From Aestuariivirga sp. (GTDB lineage: Bacteria; Pseudomonadota; Alphaproteobacteria; Rhizobiales; Aestuariivirgaceae), in NCBI RefSeq assembly GCF_047600585.1, contig NZ_JASGKP010000001.1, positions 3,213,823-3,277,822 of the forward strand: a DNA stretch of 64,000 nt, read 5' to 3'. Every line of letters begins with the position of its first letter. Within the stretch, counting starts at the first letter, position 1. A program made the translations under genes and the position numbers. Below are positions 28,336 to 40,004 of this stretch, one piece after another. A model generated the notes under the pieces. The model did no database searches, was not told where the DNA came from, and saw only the letters and a list, made by a program, of their open reading frames with translations.

Positions 28336-30033
28336 TCAGGCGGCCTGACCTCCGGCCGTCTTGAAGCGCCCGACGACACTGTTCAGCTGCTCCGTCTGGC
28401 GGTTGAGCGTGAAGGTTGCGGCGGTCGCCTGCTCCACCATGGCGGCATTGGCCTGGGTGACCTTGTCGAGTTCATCGACCGCCTGGTTCACTTCACGCAG
28501 ACTGTCGGCCTGCGCCACGGCGGTGGCGTTGATGCCTTCGATGGTGACGGCAACGCTTGCCACCTTGTCGGTGATCTTGGTGAGCGAGGCGCCCACGTCG
28601 GCCACGAGTTTCACGCCGCGCTCCACCTTGGCGTTTGAGTTGTCGAGAAGCGCCTTGATGTCCTTGGCGGCAGCGGCCGAGCGGTCGGAGAGGGCGCGCA
28701 CCTCGGTGGCAACCACGGCAAAGCCGCGGCCTGCATCGCCCGCACGGGCCGCTTCCACGCCGGCGTTGAGGGCGAGCAGATTGGTCTGGAAGGCCAGTTC
28801 CTCGATCACGCCGATGATCTTGTTCATCTCCTCGGAGCTGTCGGAGATTTCGCGCATGGAGACCATGGCTTCCTTCACAACCGTGGAGCCATCGATTGCC
28901 GCGTCCTTGGCCGAGATGGCGGCAAGTTTCGCGGTCGTGGAGTTTTCGGCGGTTTCCTTCAGCGTGTTGGTGAGCTGGCTGATGGTGGCGGCGGTTTCCT
29001 CAAGGCTGGCCGCCTGGGTTTCGGTGCGGCGCGCAAGATCGCCCGAGGCATCGGCGATTTCGGAGGTGCCGGCCTTGATCTGCGAGGTTGTCTCGAGCAC
29101 CGAGCCCATGGTGTCGGCGAGCGCGCGGATGGAGGTGTTGAAGTGGGCGCGCAGCCGGTCAAGCTCGCCCGGGAAGCGCGTGGCAATCTGCGCCGAGAGG
29201 TCGCCGTTCGAGAGACGGTTCAGGCCTTCGCTCAGGTTGGAGATCACCAAATGGGCCTCCTTGGCGCGGGCTTCGCGTTCTTCCGTCTGCTGACGGTTCA
29301 GCTCTTCGGCGCGCTGTTGTTGCAGCCTGGCCTGCCGCTGGAGGAGCGCGGTGAAGAGCGATGCCGCGAAGGCGCAGGCGATGGTGAAGGCCCCGAACGC
29401 CACCATCAGCGTCTGGAAGAAGGTCTGGTCGGCCTTGGTCTTCTCGGCTGCCGCCGCCTCCTCCGATTCAATGCGGGTGCGGACCTTGGCGTTGGTTTCG
29501 ACCGCCGTGTCCAGTGACACAGACATCTTTTCAGCCACCGCATCAAAGTCGGCCATCATCCGGTTGCCACCGAGCGGCCCCACAGCGACATAGGCCTGGG
29601 CCATTCGCTTGCCGGCCTCATAATAGGGCGCGAACTGTTGTTCGACGTCATCAAGCGCCTTCTGTGTTTCGGCTTCACTGAGGGACTGGGCAAGGGTACG
29701 GGCCTTGTCGATATGCATCTTGAATGCCTTGGCATGTTCCTCGGCATTGGCGAAGCCGTCATCGAGTCCATCGAGCCCGCGGGTGGCCGAGATGTCCTGA
29801 AGGAACTGCTGCACCTGGGCAACGCTGTACTTCAGGTCCTTGAGTTCGCCATCAAGTGCGGCGCGCGTACTCTTGGCGCGCGAAGCCTCCAGCAGGTTCG
29901 CCTCCACGGTGGCCACCTTCTCGAGATAGTCGAAGACGATGAGGCCGGACGCCAGCAGCAGGATGCAGATCACGATCTGCAATGTCAGGATCTTTGCGCC
30001 TGTCGAGAATCGCGAAACCTTGGGGAGGGACAT
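28336..30033 (-). CDS. Methyl-accepting chemotaxis protein
   Basis: Two TM helices, HAMP domain, signalling domain IEELAFQTNLLALNAGVEAARAGDAGRGFAVVATEVRAL. Confidence 0.95.
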   Translation of the reverse strand: MSLPKVSRFSTGAKILTLQIVICILLLASGLIVFDYLEKVATVEANLLEASRAKSTRAALDGELKDLKYSVAQVQQFLQDISATRGLDGLDDGFANAEEHAKAFKMHIDKARTLAQSLSEAETQKALDDVEQQFAPYYEAGKRMAQAYVAVGPLGGNRMMADFDAVAEKMSVSLDTAVETNAKVRTRIESEEAAAAEKTKADQTFFQTLMVAFGAFTIACAFAASLFTALLQRQARLQQQRAEELNRQQTEEREARAKEAHLVISNLSEGLNRLSNGDLSAQIATRFPGELDRLRAHFNTSIRALADTMGSVLETTSQIKAGTSEIADASGDLARRTETQAASLEETAATISQLTNTLKETAENSTTAKLAAISAKDAAIDGSTVVKEAMVSMREISDSSEEMNKIIGVIEELAFQTNLLALNAGVEAARAGDAGRGFAVVATEVRALSDRSAAAAKDIKALLDNSNAKVERGVKLVADVGASLTKITDKVASVAVTIEGINATAVAQADSLREVNQAVDELDKVTQANAAMVEQATAATFTLNRQTEQLNSVVGRFKTAGGQAA

Positions 30034-30403
30034 GATGTTCCTGCGGGGTGGGAAGATTGGGAGGAAAGCGGGTGAACTCAGCTTGGTGCTACCCCATGCA
30101 ACTTGCCGGGAACTTGCAAAACATGAGGGAATCCTCACATAACTCGCGCATCAATGATGTCATGTCATCGTTCGATTGCTGTCCCTTTTTCTAGAAGGAC
30201 AACGGAATTGCAGCTGGTTCACTGACAAAAATGCAGTGATTTCATTCGCTGCGTGAATAATCATTCAAAATCTTCCGTATACTGAGCATACCACGGGCAA
30301 GTGGCACATTTGCTGTCCTGACGAACAAATGAGTCACAGGGCATCCGGACTGAGTCCTGGAGGAAAATCAGGCCATGGGTGAGTGCAGGATCGGAAAAGC
30401 GGC

Positions 30404-30478
30404 TGGTGCTGCCAGAGAGGATCGAACTCTCGACCTCACCCTTACCAAGGGTGTGCTCTACCACTGAGCTACGGCAGC
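30404..30478 (-). tRNA. tRNA-Thr (GGT)
   Basis: GCTGCCGTAGCTCAGTGGTAGAGCACACCCTTGGTAAGGGTGAGGTCGAGAGTTCGATCCTCTCTGGCAGCACCA. Confidence 0.97.
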
Positions 30479-30602
30479 TTTTTCGCCAGGGAACCGGGGC
30501 AAGCCAAGTTCGCGCGCGCTCCATGCCACAGCCGCACCCCAAGTGCAACCCGCCCTTTTCAGAACGTTGACAGGCGCATTTCCGGGCGCAGAATGGCCCG
30601 CC

Positions 30603-30761
30603 ATGAGCAAGGTGATTGACATAGGTCAGCCCAAAACCGCCAAAGAGGTGCAAAAGTCGGCCCGCAAGGACCGCCTGGCGCGGGCGCTCAAGGCCAACAT
30701 CAAGCGCCGCAAGGAGGCGCAGGGGCAAACGGGGGAGACAAGCGATGGGCGAAAAGACTGA
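30603..30761 (+). CDS. Small conserved basic protein upstream of murA
   Basis: RKDRLARALKANIKRRK resembles the short protein commonly preceding murA in alphaproteobacteria (from memory). Confidence 0.6.
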   Translation: MSKVIDIGQPKTAKEVQKSARKDRLARALKANIKRRKEAQGQTGETSDGRKD

Positions 30762-31077
30762 AAAGGCCGCCGCGGCGGCAAGCGAGGGGCTCAATATCCT
30801 CAGCCTGATCTTCACCGGCCTTGCCATCCTGGGCTTCCTGGGCGGCTTCGGGGTGTTCCTGTATGAGGTCTTCGGATTGGTCAGCGGAAACGGCTGGAAC
30901 ACGCTGCAGCTCAGCGACCTGTTGTTCTGGCTCCTTGGCCCGCCCCCGGCCGAAGCCGAGATGTCCACCGGCACGAAAATCCTCGCCGTCCTGTCGCTTG
31001 CCCCCTTGGACCTCGGCCTTGTGGCTTTGGGCTGGATTTTCAGCAAGATCGGCAACCTGTTCGAGTCGGCGAGCTGA
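30745..31077 (+). CDS. Hypothetical membrane protein
   Basis: 110 aa with 2-3 hydrophobic helices; overlaps the upstream ORF; host-like codon usage. Confidence 0.65.
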   Translation: MGEKTEKAAAAASEGLNILSLIFTGLAILGFLGGFGVFLYEVFGLVSGNGWNTLQLSDLLFWLLGPPPAEAEMSTGTKILAVLSLAPLDLGLVALGWIFSKIGNLFESAS

Positions 31078-31215
31078 GTCCGCAACCGGCTGCGAGAAAG
31101 CCTTTCGCATCCGCAACATAAAGGTTGCCCCAAAGCCGCCATTTATGCTTGTAACGAGCGCAAGCGGGACGCGTCGGCCCCATTCCCCCGGGGCCCTTTC
31201 AGGGAACAGCTTTAC

Positions 31216-32505
<1,290 letters not shown>

Positions 32506-32509
32506 GGCC

Positions 32510-32947
32510 TTGCTGCATCTCACGGCGTTCGATGCGGAAGACCTCGGCGTCATCTCTGCCCAGATGCAGGATGCGGTCATCCGCTTTGCCGACGTGGGAT
32601 ACCTGAAGCGCCAGCGCCGCTTTGCGCTCGTCGCCAACCGCTTCGCCTGGGACCAGTTGCCGGCCAGGGAACGGCGGCGCACCGGCCTCACCTTCAACGG
32701 CGTGACCCGCGTCCGCCGCCAGGGACCGCAGGAACCGGATGCGCTCACCATCCTATCACTGCTCGCCATCACCTTCACGCCCACGACCTTCACGCCCACG
32801 GCGGGCACCGAAGAGCTGGGCGGGGTCATCACCCTGACCTTCTCGGGCGGTCATGTGATCGCACTCGATGTCGAGGTGATCGACGTGGCGCTCGATGATC
32901 TCGGGCCTGCCTGGTCCACCGACGCCACGCCGGAGCATGGCTCGTGA
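32510..32947 (+). CDS. DUF2948 family protein
   Basis: [19 protein letters not shown]...[12 protein letters not shown]...LDDLGPAW; position after murA. Confidence 0.85.
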   Translation: MLHLTAFDAEDLGVISAQMQDAVIRFADVGYLKRQRRFALVANRFAWDQLPARERRRTGLTFNGVTRVRRQGPQEPDALTILSLLAITFTPTTFTPTAGTEELGGVITLTFSGGHVIALDVEVIDVALDDLGPAWSTDATPEHGS

Positions 32948-33420
32948 GTGCGCCTGCCAACCGGCTCGTTTCCGTGGAGGTTGACGACAGCATCGGCCGC
33001 GGCCCCTCGCCCGAGGCCGAGCACGAGCGCAACACCGCGATCTACGACCTCATCGAGGACAACCGCTTCGCCCTCACGAACGGCATGAACGGGCCCTACC
33101 ACCTCATTCTCTCGACCCAGGAGGGCCGCCTCGTGCTCGACGTGCGCGACGAGGCGCAGCGCCCGATGATGGCCTTCGGGCTTTCGCTCACGCCCTTCCG
33201 CCGCATCGTCAGGGACTACTTCCAGATCTGCGACAGCTACTACGAGGCGATCAAGCTCGGCACCCCCGCCCAGATCGAAACCGTCGACATGGCCAGGCGC
33301 GGCCTTCACAACGAGGGCAGCGAGATCCTGATGGAGCGCCTCAAGGGCAAGGTCGACACCGACATGGATACGGCGCGGCGTCTCTTCACGCTGATCTGCG
33401 CGCTGGTGTGGCGGGGCTGA
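32944..33420 (+). CDS. UPF0262 family protein
   Basis: EHERNTAIYDLIEDNRF, LSLTPFRRIVRDYFQICDSYY, DMARRGLHNEGS, ARRLFTLICAL. Confidence 0.92.
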   Translation: MSAPANRLVSVEVDDSIGRGPSPEAEHERNTAIYDLIEDNRFALTNGMNGPYHLILSTQEGRLVLDVRDEAQRPMMAFGLSLTPFRRIVRDYFQICDSYYEAIKLGTPAQIETVDMARRGLHNEGSEILMERLKGKVDTDMDTARRLFTLICALVWRG

Positions 33421-33422
33421 AG

Positions 33423-33848
33423 ATGGACAAGAAGCTGCCCTCCGCCGTTCTCTTCATCTGCACGCAGAATGCCATCCGCTCGCCCATGGCGGCGGCCCTC
33501 ATGCATGCCTCGCATGGCGCAAGGACCTATGTGGCGTCGGCGGGCATCCGTGCCGGCGATCCCGATCCCTTCGTCGGGCTGATCATGGATGAGGTGGGCC
33601 TCGACCTCACCCGCCACCGTCCGCATTCGATCGACGATCTGGCCGACAGCGCCTTCGATCTTGCCATCACGCTTTCGCCCGAGGCCGATGCCTATGCCCG
33701 CGAAATGGCCAAGACCATGGCGATCGAGGTGGAGTACTGGCCGACGCCTGATCCTTCGACGGCACAAGGCTCGCGCGAGCAGATTCTCGACTCTTACCGC
33801 GAGGTGCGCCGCGGGCTGGAGAAGAGGTTGAAGGAACGGTTCGGGTAA
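33423..33848 (+). CDS. Low-molecular-weight phosphotyrosine phosphatase / ArsC-like protein
   Basis: VLFICTQNAIRSPMAA P-loop; WPTPDPS. Confidence 0.88.
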   Translation: MDKKLPSAVLFICTQNAIRSPMAAALMHASHGARTYVASAGIRAGDPDPFVGLIMDEVGLDLTRHRPHSIDDLADSAFDLAITLSPEADAYAREMAKTMAIEVEYWPTPDPSTAQGSREQILDSYREVRRGLEKRLKERFG

Positions 33849-33856
33849 TCCATCTT

Positions 33857-33977
33857 CCGTCATTCCATCCAAGCGGCGCGCCGCGCCGCGCGAGATGGAA
33901 CCCAGCTTTTTGTGAGGACAAGGGTAGCGGGGTTCCATGTCTCGCAACGCTTTGGCGTTGCTCGCATGGAATGACGG
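33857..33977. repeat. RIME/REP-like palindromic intergenic element
   Basis: 12-bp terminal inverted repeats CCGTCATTCCAT...ATGGAATGACGG between convergent genes. Confidence 0.7.
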
Positions 33978-33991
33978 CCTGAGAGAGATCC

Positions 33992-35611
33992 CTACTTCAC
34001 AAGTTCCCCGCGCAGCGCCTTGGCGATCAATTCGCGGGTGTTGGCAATGCCGTAGAGCGCCACGAAGGAGCCGAAGCGCGGTCCCCGCTCCTCGCCCAGC
34101 AGCACCTGATAGAGCAGGTTGAACCAGGCCTGCGCCACGCCCACCGAGCCATCCTTCTGCGTGGTGGTGTAGGGCTCGCGGCGGCCCACGTCGTAGACGA
34201 CCTTCTGGATGTCTTCCGGCACTGCGCCCTCCGGCAGGCTTGCGAAGGCATCGGCGAGATCGGACAAGGCCTTGGCCTCGCCCTCGTCGGCGCGCTTGTA
34301 CTGCTTCGCCGGCTTCACGAAGTCCTGGTAGTAGCGGATGGCGTAACCCACCAGCTTGTCGAGGCGCGGGTTCGTCTCAGGCGACAGCTCCGGCATGTAG
34401 CGGCGGATGAAGGCCCACATCACCGCCTTGTCCTCGGTGTTGGCGACCGTCGCCAGATTGAGCAGCAGCGCGAAGGTGACGTTGCCGGCCTCCGGCGCCG
34501 GCGGCTTGCCGCCGTGGATGTGCCACACCGGGTTCATCAGCTTGTCCTTGGCGTCCGCCTGCTTGGGATAGGCGGCAAGGAACTGGGCATATTCGTCGAC
34601 GGCGCGCGGGATCACGTCGAAGTAGAGCTTCTTCGCCTCGCGCGGCTTGTTGTACATGTAGAGGGCGAGGGACTCCGTGTCGGCATAGGTCAGCCACTCG
34701 TCGATGGTAAGGCCGTTGCCCTTCGACTTCGAGATCTTCTGGCCGTTCTCATCGAGGAAGAGTTCGTAGACGTAATGCTCCGGCGCCTTGCCGCCGAGGA
34801 TCTCGCAGATCCGGTCATAGATCGGCGCGTTGGTCTGGTGGTCCTTGCCGAACATCTCGAAATCGACGTTGAGGGCCGCCCAGCGCATGCCGAAGTCGGG
34901 CTTCCACTGCAGCTTGGTGCGGCCGCCGCGCACGTCGAGGGTGACGTCGGTACCGTCTTCATCCGCAAACGTGATCGTGCCCTGCTTGGGGTTCACGTCC
35001 TTGAGCGGCACGTAGAGCACGCGGCCCGAGGTGGGCGAGATGGGCAGGAAAGGCGAATAGGTCGCCTGCCGCTCCTCACCGAGGGTGGGCAACATCACCG
35101 CCATGATCTCGTTGTACTTCTCCAGCGCCCGGATCAGCACCTCGTCGAAGCGGCCCGCCTTGTAGTATTCGGTGGCGCTCGCAAATTCGTAGTCGAAGCC
35201 GAAGGTGTCGAGGAAGCGCCGGAGCATGGCGTTGTTGTGATGGCCGAAGCTCTCGTAGTTGCCTCCGAAAGGATTGGGCACCACGGTGAGCGGGCGCTGC
35301 AGATGCGGCTCGAGGAACTTTTTGTCGGGCACGTTGTCGGGAATCTTGCGCATCCCGTCCATGTCGTCGGAGAAGCACAAGAGACGCGTCGGCAGGTCGC
35401 TCATCAGTTCGAAGGCGCGGCGCACCATGGTGGTGCGCGCCACTTCGCCGAAGGTGCCGATGTGCGGCAGGCCCGAGGGGCCGTAGCCCGTCTCGAACAG
35501 CACGTTCTTCTGGCCCGATTTCTCCACCCGCTTGAGAATCTTGCGGGCTTCCTCAAAGGGCCAGGCCTTGCTGTCGAGAGCGGCGGCGCGAAGGGCGGGA
35601 GAGACGGGCAT
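33992..35611 (-). CDS. lysS: Lysine--tRNA ligase, class I
   Basis: [43 protein letters not shown]. Confidence 0.96.
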   Translation of the reverse strand: MPVSPALRAAALDSKAWPFEEARKILKRVEKSGQKNVLFETGYGPSGLPHIGTFGEVARTTMVRRAFELMSDLPTRLLCFSDDMDGMRKIPDNVPDKKFLEPHLQRPLTVVPNPFGGNYESFGHHNNAMLRRFLDTFGFDYEFASATEYYKAGRFDEVLIRALEKYNEIMAVMLPTLGEERQATYSPFLPISPTSGRVLYVPLKDVNPKQGTITFADEDGTDVTLDVRGGRTKLQWKPDFGMRWAALNVDFEMFGKDHQTNAPIYDRICEILGGKAPEHYVYELFLDENGQKISKSKGNGLTIDEWLTYADTESLALYMYNKPREAKKLYFDVIPRAVDEYAQFLAAYPKQADAKDKLMNPVWHIHGGKPPAPEAGNVTFALLLNLATVANTEDKAVMWAFIRRYMPELSPETNPRLDKLVGYAIRYYQDFVKPAKQYKRADEGEAKALSDLADAFASLPEGAVPEDIQKVVYDVGRREPYTTTQKDGSVGVAQAWFNLLYQVLLGEERGPRFGSFVALYGIANTRELIAKALRGELVK

Positions 35612-35693
35612 GGGGAGGATCTTTCAAACAGGCAGGTCCTGCCCTTTACGGAGCGCCGCCCGCAAGGTCAACGTGTCGCGTGTGCCCGCCTGA

Positions 35694-36554
35694 TCACGCC
35701 GTGCCGGCCACATTCTCCTTGAGGAAGGCGACCGTGCGGCCCCAGGCAAGGTCGGCGGCGGCCTTGTCATAGCGGGCGGCGTTGGTGTCGTTGTTGAAGG
35801 CGTGGTTGGCGCCCTCGTAGACGTAAAGTTCGAAAACCTTGTTGTTGGCCTTCAGCGCCTTTTCGAAATCGGCAATGCCGGCGTTGATGCGCTCGTCGAG
35901 ACCGCCGTAATGCAGGAGGAGCGGCGCCTTGATGGCGGGCACCGCCGCCGCATCGGGCTGACGGCCGTAGTAGGCCACGCCGGCAGCGAGCGTGGGATCG
36001 GCCACGGCGAGCGCATTCACCATGCCGCCGCCCCAGCAGAAGCCCACCGCACCCGCCTTGCCGTTTGCCTGCGGATGGGCGGCGAGCGCCTTGATGGCGC
36101 CTTGCGAATAGGCGAGCACGTCTTCCGGCTTGAGGGTGCCGATCATCTCGCGCGCCTTCTCCTCGTCGGCGGGCGTGCCGCCGGCAGGGGCCAGATAATC
36201 GGCACCGAAAGCCACGAAGCCCTCCAACGCGAGGCGGCGGGTCACGTCCTTGATGTGCGGATTAAGGCCACGGTTCTCGTGAATGACGAGTACGGCCGGA
36301 AGCTTGCCCTTGGCATCCTTCGGAATGGCGAGAAGCCCCTTGATGCCCGGCGCGATCTCGCCTTCGGTGAGGACAAGGCGCGGGTCGTTCTCCGGCACGA
36401 TGGCGGCGTGGGCGTAGTTGTTTTCGAGGAGCGGGAGCATGGCCGTGGCGGCGGCGGTGGAGCCCGCCATCAGTGCGAGTTTGTCGAGAAAATCCCGGCG
36501 CGACATGCCGCCATGCGTATAACGGTCGAAAAGGTTGATGATCTTCTGGTCCAT
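35694..36554 (-). CDS. Dienelactone hydrolase family protein (YghX-like)
   Basis: MDQKIINLFDRYTHGGMSRRDFL, VIHENRGLNPHI, VGFCWGG, HAFNNDT; start trimmed. Confidence 0.92.
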   Translation of the reverse strand: MDQKIINLFDRYTHGGMSRRDFLDKLALMAGSTAAATAMLPLLENNYAHAAIVPENDPRLVLTEGEIAPGIKGLLAIPKDAKGKLPAVLVIHENRGLNPHIKDVTRRLALEGFVAFGADYLAPAGGTPADEEKAREMIGTLKPEDVLAYSQGAIKALAAHPQANGKAGAVGFCWGGGMVNALAVADPTLAAGVAYYGRQPDAAAVPAIKAPLLLHYGGLDERINAGIADFEKALKANNKVFELYVYEGANHAFNNDTNAARYDKAAADLAWGRTVAFLKENVAGTA

Positions 36555-36617
36555 GATCCCATACTCCCTCTGGCCATCGGCTTTCACTCTACGTTTGAAT
36601 CGGGCAAATGGGTGACG

Positions 36618-39422
36618 ATGCCGAATGACAATTCCGTCATGATTCCCGCTATGGCCGCATTGGGCCATGGCGCTGCAAGCAACGGGCGAGTGATCCAGCC
36701 CGCGGCTGCGCTCAAGGCGTTGGCGGAGCGCCCGCACCTTGTCTGCCACGCGGGCTTCCTGATCGAGCGGCTGGGCCAGGCCGCGGACGCGCGCCGCGCC
36801 GAAGTGCGCGCCGCCCTCGAGCAGAAACACTTCGACATTGCCGAACTCTTCGCCTTCGTCTGCCCCGCACGGCAAGCGGTACCGACACCGCGCGGACTCG
36901 CCCGCGCGCTGATGGTCGATGCAGATGACGACGAAACGGCGATCACTGCCGTGCGTGCCGAACTGCTGCGCCGCCTCTCCGATCCGCGCTATCCGCTGCT
37001 GCGCGAAACCGCCGAGACGGCGACCTTCCTCGCGCGCGCCAATTGGCCCTGGGCCAAGGACGTGATGTCGGCCCTGCTCAAGGCCCATCCCAAGCTCGAT
37101 GTCGGCACCTTCGCAACGGGCCTCAATGTCTGGGACCGTGTCGATGAATGGGAAGACGAAGGCCCGCGCCCACCCGGCCGTCAGGACGAGGTGAGCCGCG
37201 ACGAGGCGCTCACCGTGCTTCGCGATGCGCTCGGCAGTTTCGCCGAAGCGCGCGAGCAGCAGCGCGCCTATGCCGAGACGTCGCTCCATGCTTTCGCCGC
37301 CCGGCAGTCGGCGGCCTTCAACAACATCCTGATCTCGGAAGCGGGCACGGGGCTGGGGAAGACACTGGGCTACCTCGCACCCGCCTGGGCCTGGGCCAAG
37401 AAGAATGCCAGTCCCGTGTGGCTCTCGACCTACACCAAGAACCTGCAGCGCCAGCTCGACCAGGAATCGGCGCGCCTCTTCCCTGACCCCGAGGAGAGGC
37501 GTGAGAAGATCGTCATCCGCAAGGGCCGCGAGAACTATCTCTGCCTCCTCAACATGCAGGAAGCCTTTGGCCGCCTGCAGGCGGGCGGCACGCGGGGGGC
37601 GCTGCTGGCCGCGCTCATCGCCCGCTGGGCGCGGCATACCCGCGATGGCGACCTGATCGGCGGCGATTTCCCCTCATGGATCCTCTCGCTCTTTCCCGAA
37701 GGCGGAGATGATCACGTGCGCCATCCCTCGCCGCAGGGCCTCGGCCTCACCGACCGGCGCGGTGAATGCATCTATGTTGCCTGCCCGCACTACAAGCGCT
37801 GCTTCATCGAGAAGAACCTGCGCGCCGCCCGCAAGGCCTCACTCGTGATCGCCAACCATGCGCTCGTGATGCATGCGGCAGCGGTGGACTATGCCCTGGG
37901 GCAGGCCACGACCAGCGAAGAGGAGACCGCGCCCGGCGGCCTCAAGCGCATCGTCTTCGACGAGGGACATCATCTCTTCGATGCCGCCGATTCCGCTTTC
38001 TCCTCGCACCTCACCGCCATGGAGACGGCGGAGCTTCGCCGCTGGCTGCGCGGCCCCGAGAACGACCGCCGCCGCGGCCGTGGCCTTGCCGAGCGTGTCG
38101 GCGATCTCGTCTCCGATGCCGATGGCGGCGAACAGGCCCTCGACGAAGTGCTTCGCGCCGCCCATGCGCTGCCCTCCTCCGGCTTCATGCGCCGCATCCA
38201 GGACGGGCGCCCCGAAGGCCCCGCCGAAACCTTCTTCGCGCTGGTGCGCCAACAGGTGCTGGCCCGCGACGGGGCCGAGACCGGCCACACCCTGGAAGCC
38301 GATTGCCAGCCGCTGATCGAAGGCCTGGCGGAAGCCTCGGGCCAGCTCGCCGCCGCACTGATCGATCTCAAGCGCCCGATGCAGCGCCTTGCCACAATAC
38401 TTGCCAACAAGCTCGATGACGAGGCGGCCGAACTCGCCTCCGCCGAACGCGGACGGATCGAGGCCCTGTCACGCTCGCTGCGGCGGCGCGGCGAACTGAT
38501 GGTGGGCGGCTGGGTGACGATGCTGAACCGCCTCATCGGCGACAAGGACCCGCTGATGATCGAATGGTTCGACGTGGAGCAGGCCTTCAGCCGCGAGATG
38601 GACGTCGGGCTTCATTCCCACTGGGTCGACCCGACCGAGCCGCTGGCGCTCGCCGTGCTCCGCCCCGCCGATGGCGTGATCGTGACCTCCGCCACGCTGA
38701 AGGACCGCCCGCCGGAATTGCCGGATGACTGGCAGAATGCCGAGATGCGCACGGGTGCGGTGCATCTTCCCTATCCGGTCAAGCGCGAGAGCTTCGCCTC
38801 GCCCTTCGATTATCCGAAGATGGCGCGCATTCTCGTGGTGAACGACGTCAACCGCGAGAACATGGACCAGATCGCCGCCGCCTACCGCGAACTGTTCCTC
38901 GCCGTGCATGGCGGCGCGCTCGGCCTCTTCACGGCGATCTCTCGGCTTCGCGCCGTGCACCGCCGCATCGCCAAACCGCTCTCGGAGAAGGGCCTGCCGC
39001 TCTATGCCCAGCATGTGGACCCGATGGATACGGGCACGCTCGTCGATCTCTTCCGGGCCGAGCGCGATGCCTGCCTGCTCGGCACCGATGCGGTGCGCGA
39101 CGGCGTCGACGTGCCGGGGGATTCGCTCCGCCTCATCGTCATGGACCGTGTGCCCTGGCCCACGCCCACCATCCTCGAGCGGGCCCGCAAGGACGCCTTC
39201 GGCGGCAACGCCTACATGGACATGGTGGTGCGGCTGCGCCTCCGCCAGGCCTTCGGGCGTCTGATCCGCTCGCAGCAGGACCACGGCTGCTTCGTCATGC
39301 TGGATGCCCGGCTGGCCTCGCGCTTCGCCACCGCCTTCCCGCCCGGCCTCGCCATCGAGCGCATGGGACTTGTTGACGCCATTGAAGCGGTCCGGGACTT
39401 CTGTAAAACGCCGGGCAAGTGA
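36618..39422 (+). CDS. dinG: DinG-family ATP-dependent DNA helicase
   Basis: EAGTGLGKT, Fe-S Cys region, VIANHAL, VFDEGHHL, VTSATL, DGVDVPG, LRQAFGRLIRS; start trimmed. Confidence 0.9.
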   Translation: MPNDNSVMIPAMAALGHGAASNGRVIQPAAALKALAERPHLVCHAGFLIERLGQAADARRAEVRAALEQKHFDIAELFAFVCPARQAVPTPRGLARALMVDADDDETAITAVRAELLRRLSDPRYPLLRETAETATFLARANWPWAKDVMSALLKAHPKLDVGTFATGLNVWDRVDEWEDEGPRPPGRQDEVSRDEALTVLRDALGSFAEAREQQRAYAETSLHAFAARQSAAFNNILISEAGTGLGKTLGYLAPAWAWAKKNASPVWLSTYTKNLQRQLDQESARLFPDPEERREKIVIRKGRENYLCLLNMQEAFGRLQAGGTRGALLAALIARWARHTRDGDLIGGDFPSWILSLFPEGGDDHVRHPSPQGLGLTDRRGECIYVACPHYKRCFIEKNLRAARKASLVIANHALVMHAAAVDYALGQATTSEEETAPGGLKRIVFDEGHHLFDAADSAFSSHLTAMETAELRRWLRGPENDRRRGRGLAERVGDLVSDADGGEQALDEVLRAAHALPSSGFMRRIQDGRPEGPAETFFALVRQQVLARDGAETGHTLEADCQPLIEGLAEASGQLAAALIDLKRPMQRLATILANKLDDEAAELASAERGRIEALSRSLRRRGELMVGGWVTMLNRLIGDKDPLMIEWFDVEQAFSREMDVGLHSHWVDPTEPLALAVLRPADGVIVTSATLKDRPPELPDDWQNAEMRTGAVHLPYPVKRESFASPFDYPKMARILVVNDVNRENMDQIAAAYRELFLAVHGGALGLFTAISRLRAVHRRIAKPLSEKGLPLYAQHVDPMDTGTLVDLFRAERDACLLGTDAVRDGVDVPGDSLRLIVMDRVPWPTPTILERARKDAFGGNAYMDMVVRLRLRQAFGRLIRSQQDHGCFVMLDARLASRFATAFPPGLAIERMGLVDAIEAVRDFCKTPGK

Positions 39423-39435
39423 TTCAGGAGTGACC

Positions 39436-39849
39436 ATGTCAGGCACGATCTCAAGCGAACAGGCCCTCATCTACGTAATGGTGATGATGTCCGGCGTCGA
39501 AGGCGTCATCAAGGCGGAGGAACTGGCGGAGATCGAGCTTCTGGTCCGCACGTTGCCGGTGTTCAAGGGTTTCGACCGCTCGCGCCTCGCCACGGTGGCG
39601 CAGGAATGCGGCGACATGCTGCAGGTGAAGGACGGGATGGCGACCGTGATCGCGCTGGTGCGGGACCAGTTGCCGGCGCGGCTCCGCGAGACGGCCTATG
39701 CGCTTGCCGTCGAAGTGGCGGCGGTCGACCTTGCCGTCGGCAAGGAGGAACTGCGCTTCCTGTCGATCCTGCGCGACGGTCTCGGCCTCGACAAGCTCAC
39801 GACGGCGGCGATCGAGCGCTCGGCGATTGCGCGGTATCAGCCGCTGTAG
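39436..39849 (+). CDS. TerB family (tellurite resistance-like) protein
   Basis: ALIYVMVMMSGVEG...LRETAYALAVEVAAVD...EELRFL...AAIERSAIARY. Confidence 0.85.
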   Translation: MSGTISSEQALIYVMVMMSGVEGVIKAEELAEIELLVRTLPVFKGFDRSRLATVAQECGDMLQVKDGMATVIALVRDQLPARLRETAYALAVEVAAVDLAVGKEELRFLSILRDGLGLDKLTTAAIERSAIARYQPL

Positions 39850-39877
39850 TCGGCCTCAAGCGTCCCAATCTTCCGAT

Positions 39878-40001
39878 CGTCATTCCGGACGCGCGCCTTG
39901 ATCGAGCGCGAGCGAGATGTCGCGCGCGAGCCGGAATCCAGCTTTGGCCGATGTGAGTTTTGAAAGAAAAAGCTGGGCCCCCGCCTTCGCTAGTGGTGAC
40001 G
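39878..40001. repeat. Second RIME/REP-like intergenic element
   Basis: CGTCATTCCGGAC...GGAATCCAGCTTT...AAAGCTGGGCCCCCGCCTTCGC...GGTGACG; shares CGTCATTCC and CCAGCTTT with 33857-33977. Confidence 0.6.
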
Positions 40002-40004
40002 TGT

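Noticed and set aside
30140-30400. Possible c-di-GMP or other riboswitch upstream of the MCP
   Set aside because: No GEMM-type conserved motifs or convincing stems were recognisable.
28037-30403. MCP + DUF1127 next to the tRNA-Thr 3' end as a genomic islet
   Set aside because: The spacer is somewhat AT-rich, but I found no duplicated tRNA 3' end and no mobility gene, and the MCP codon usage looks host-like.
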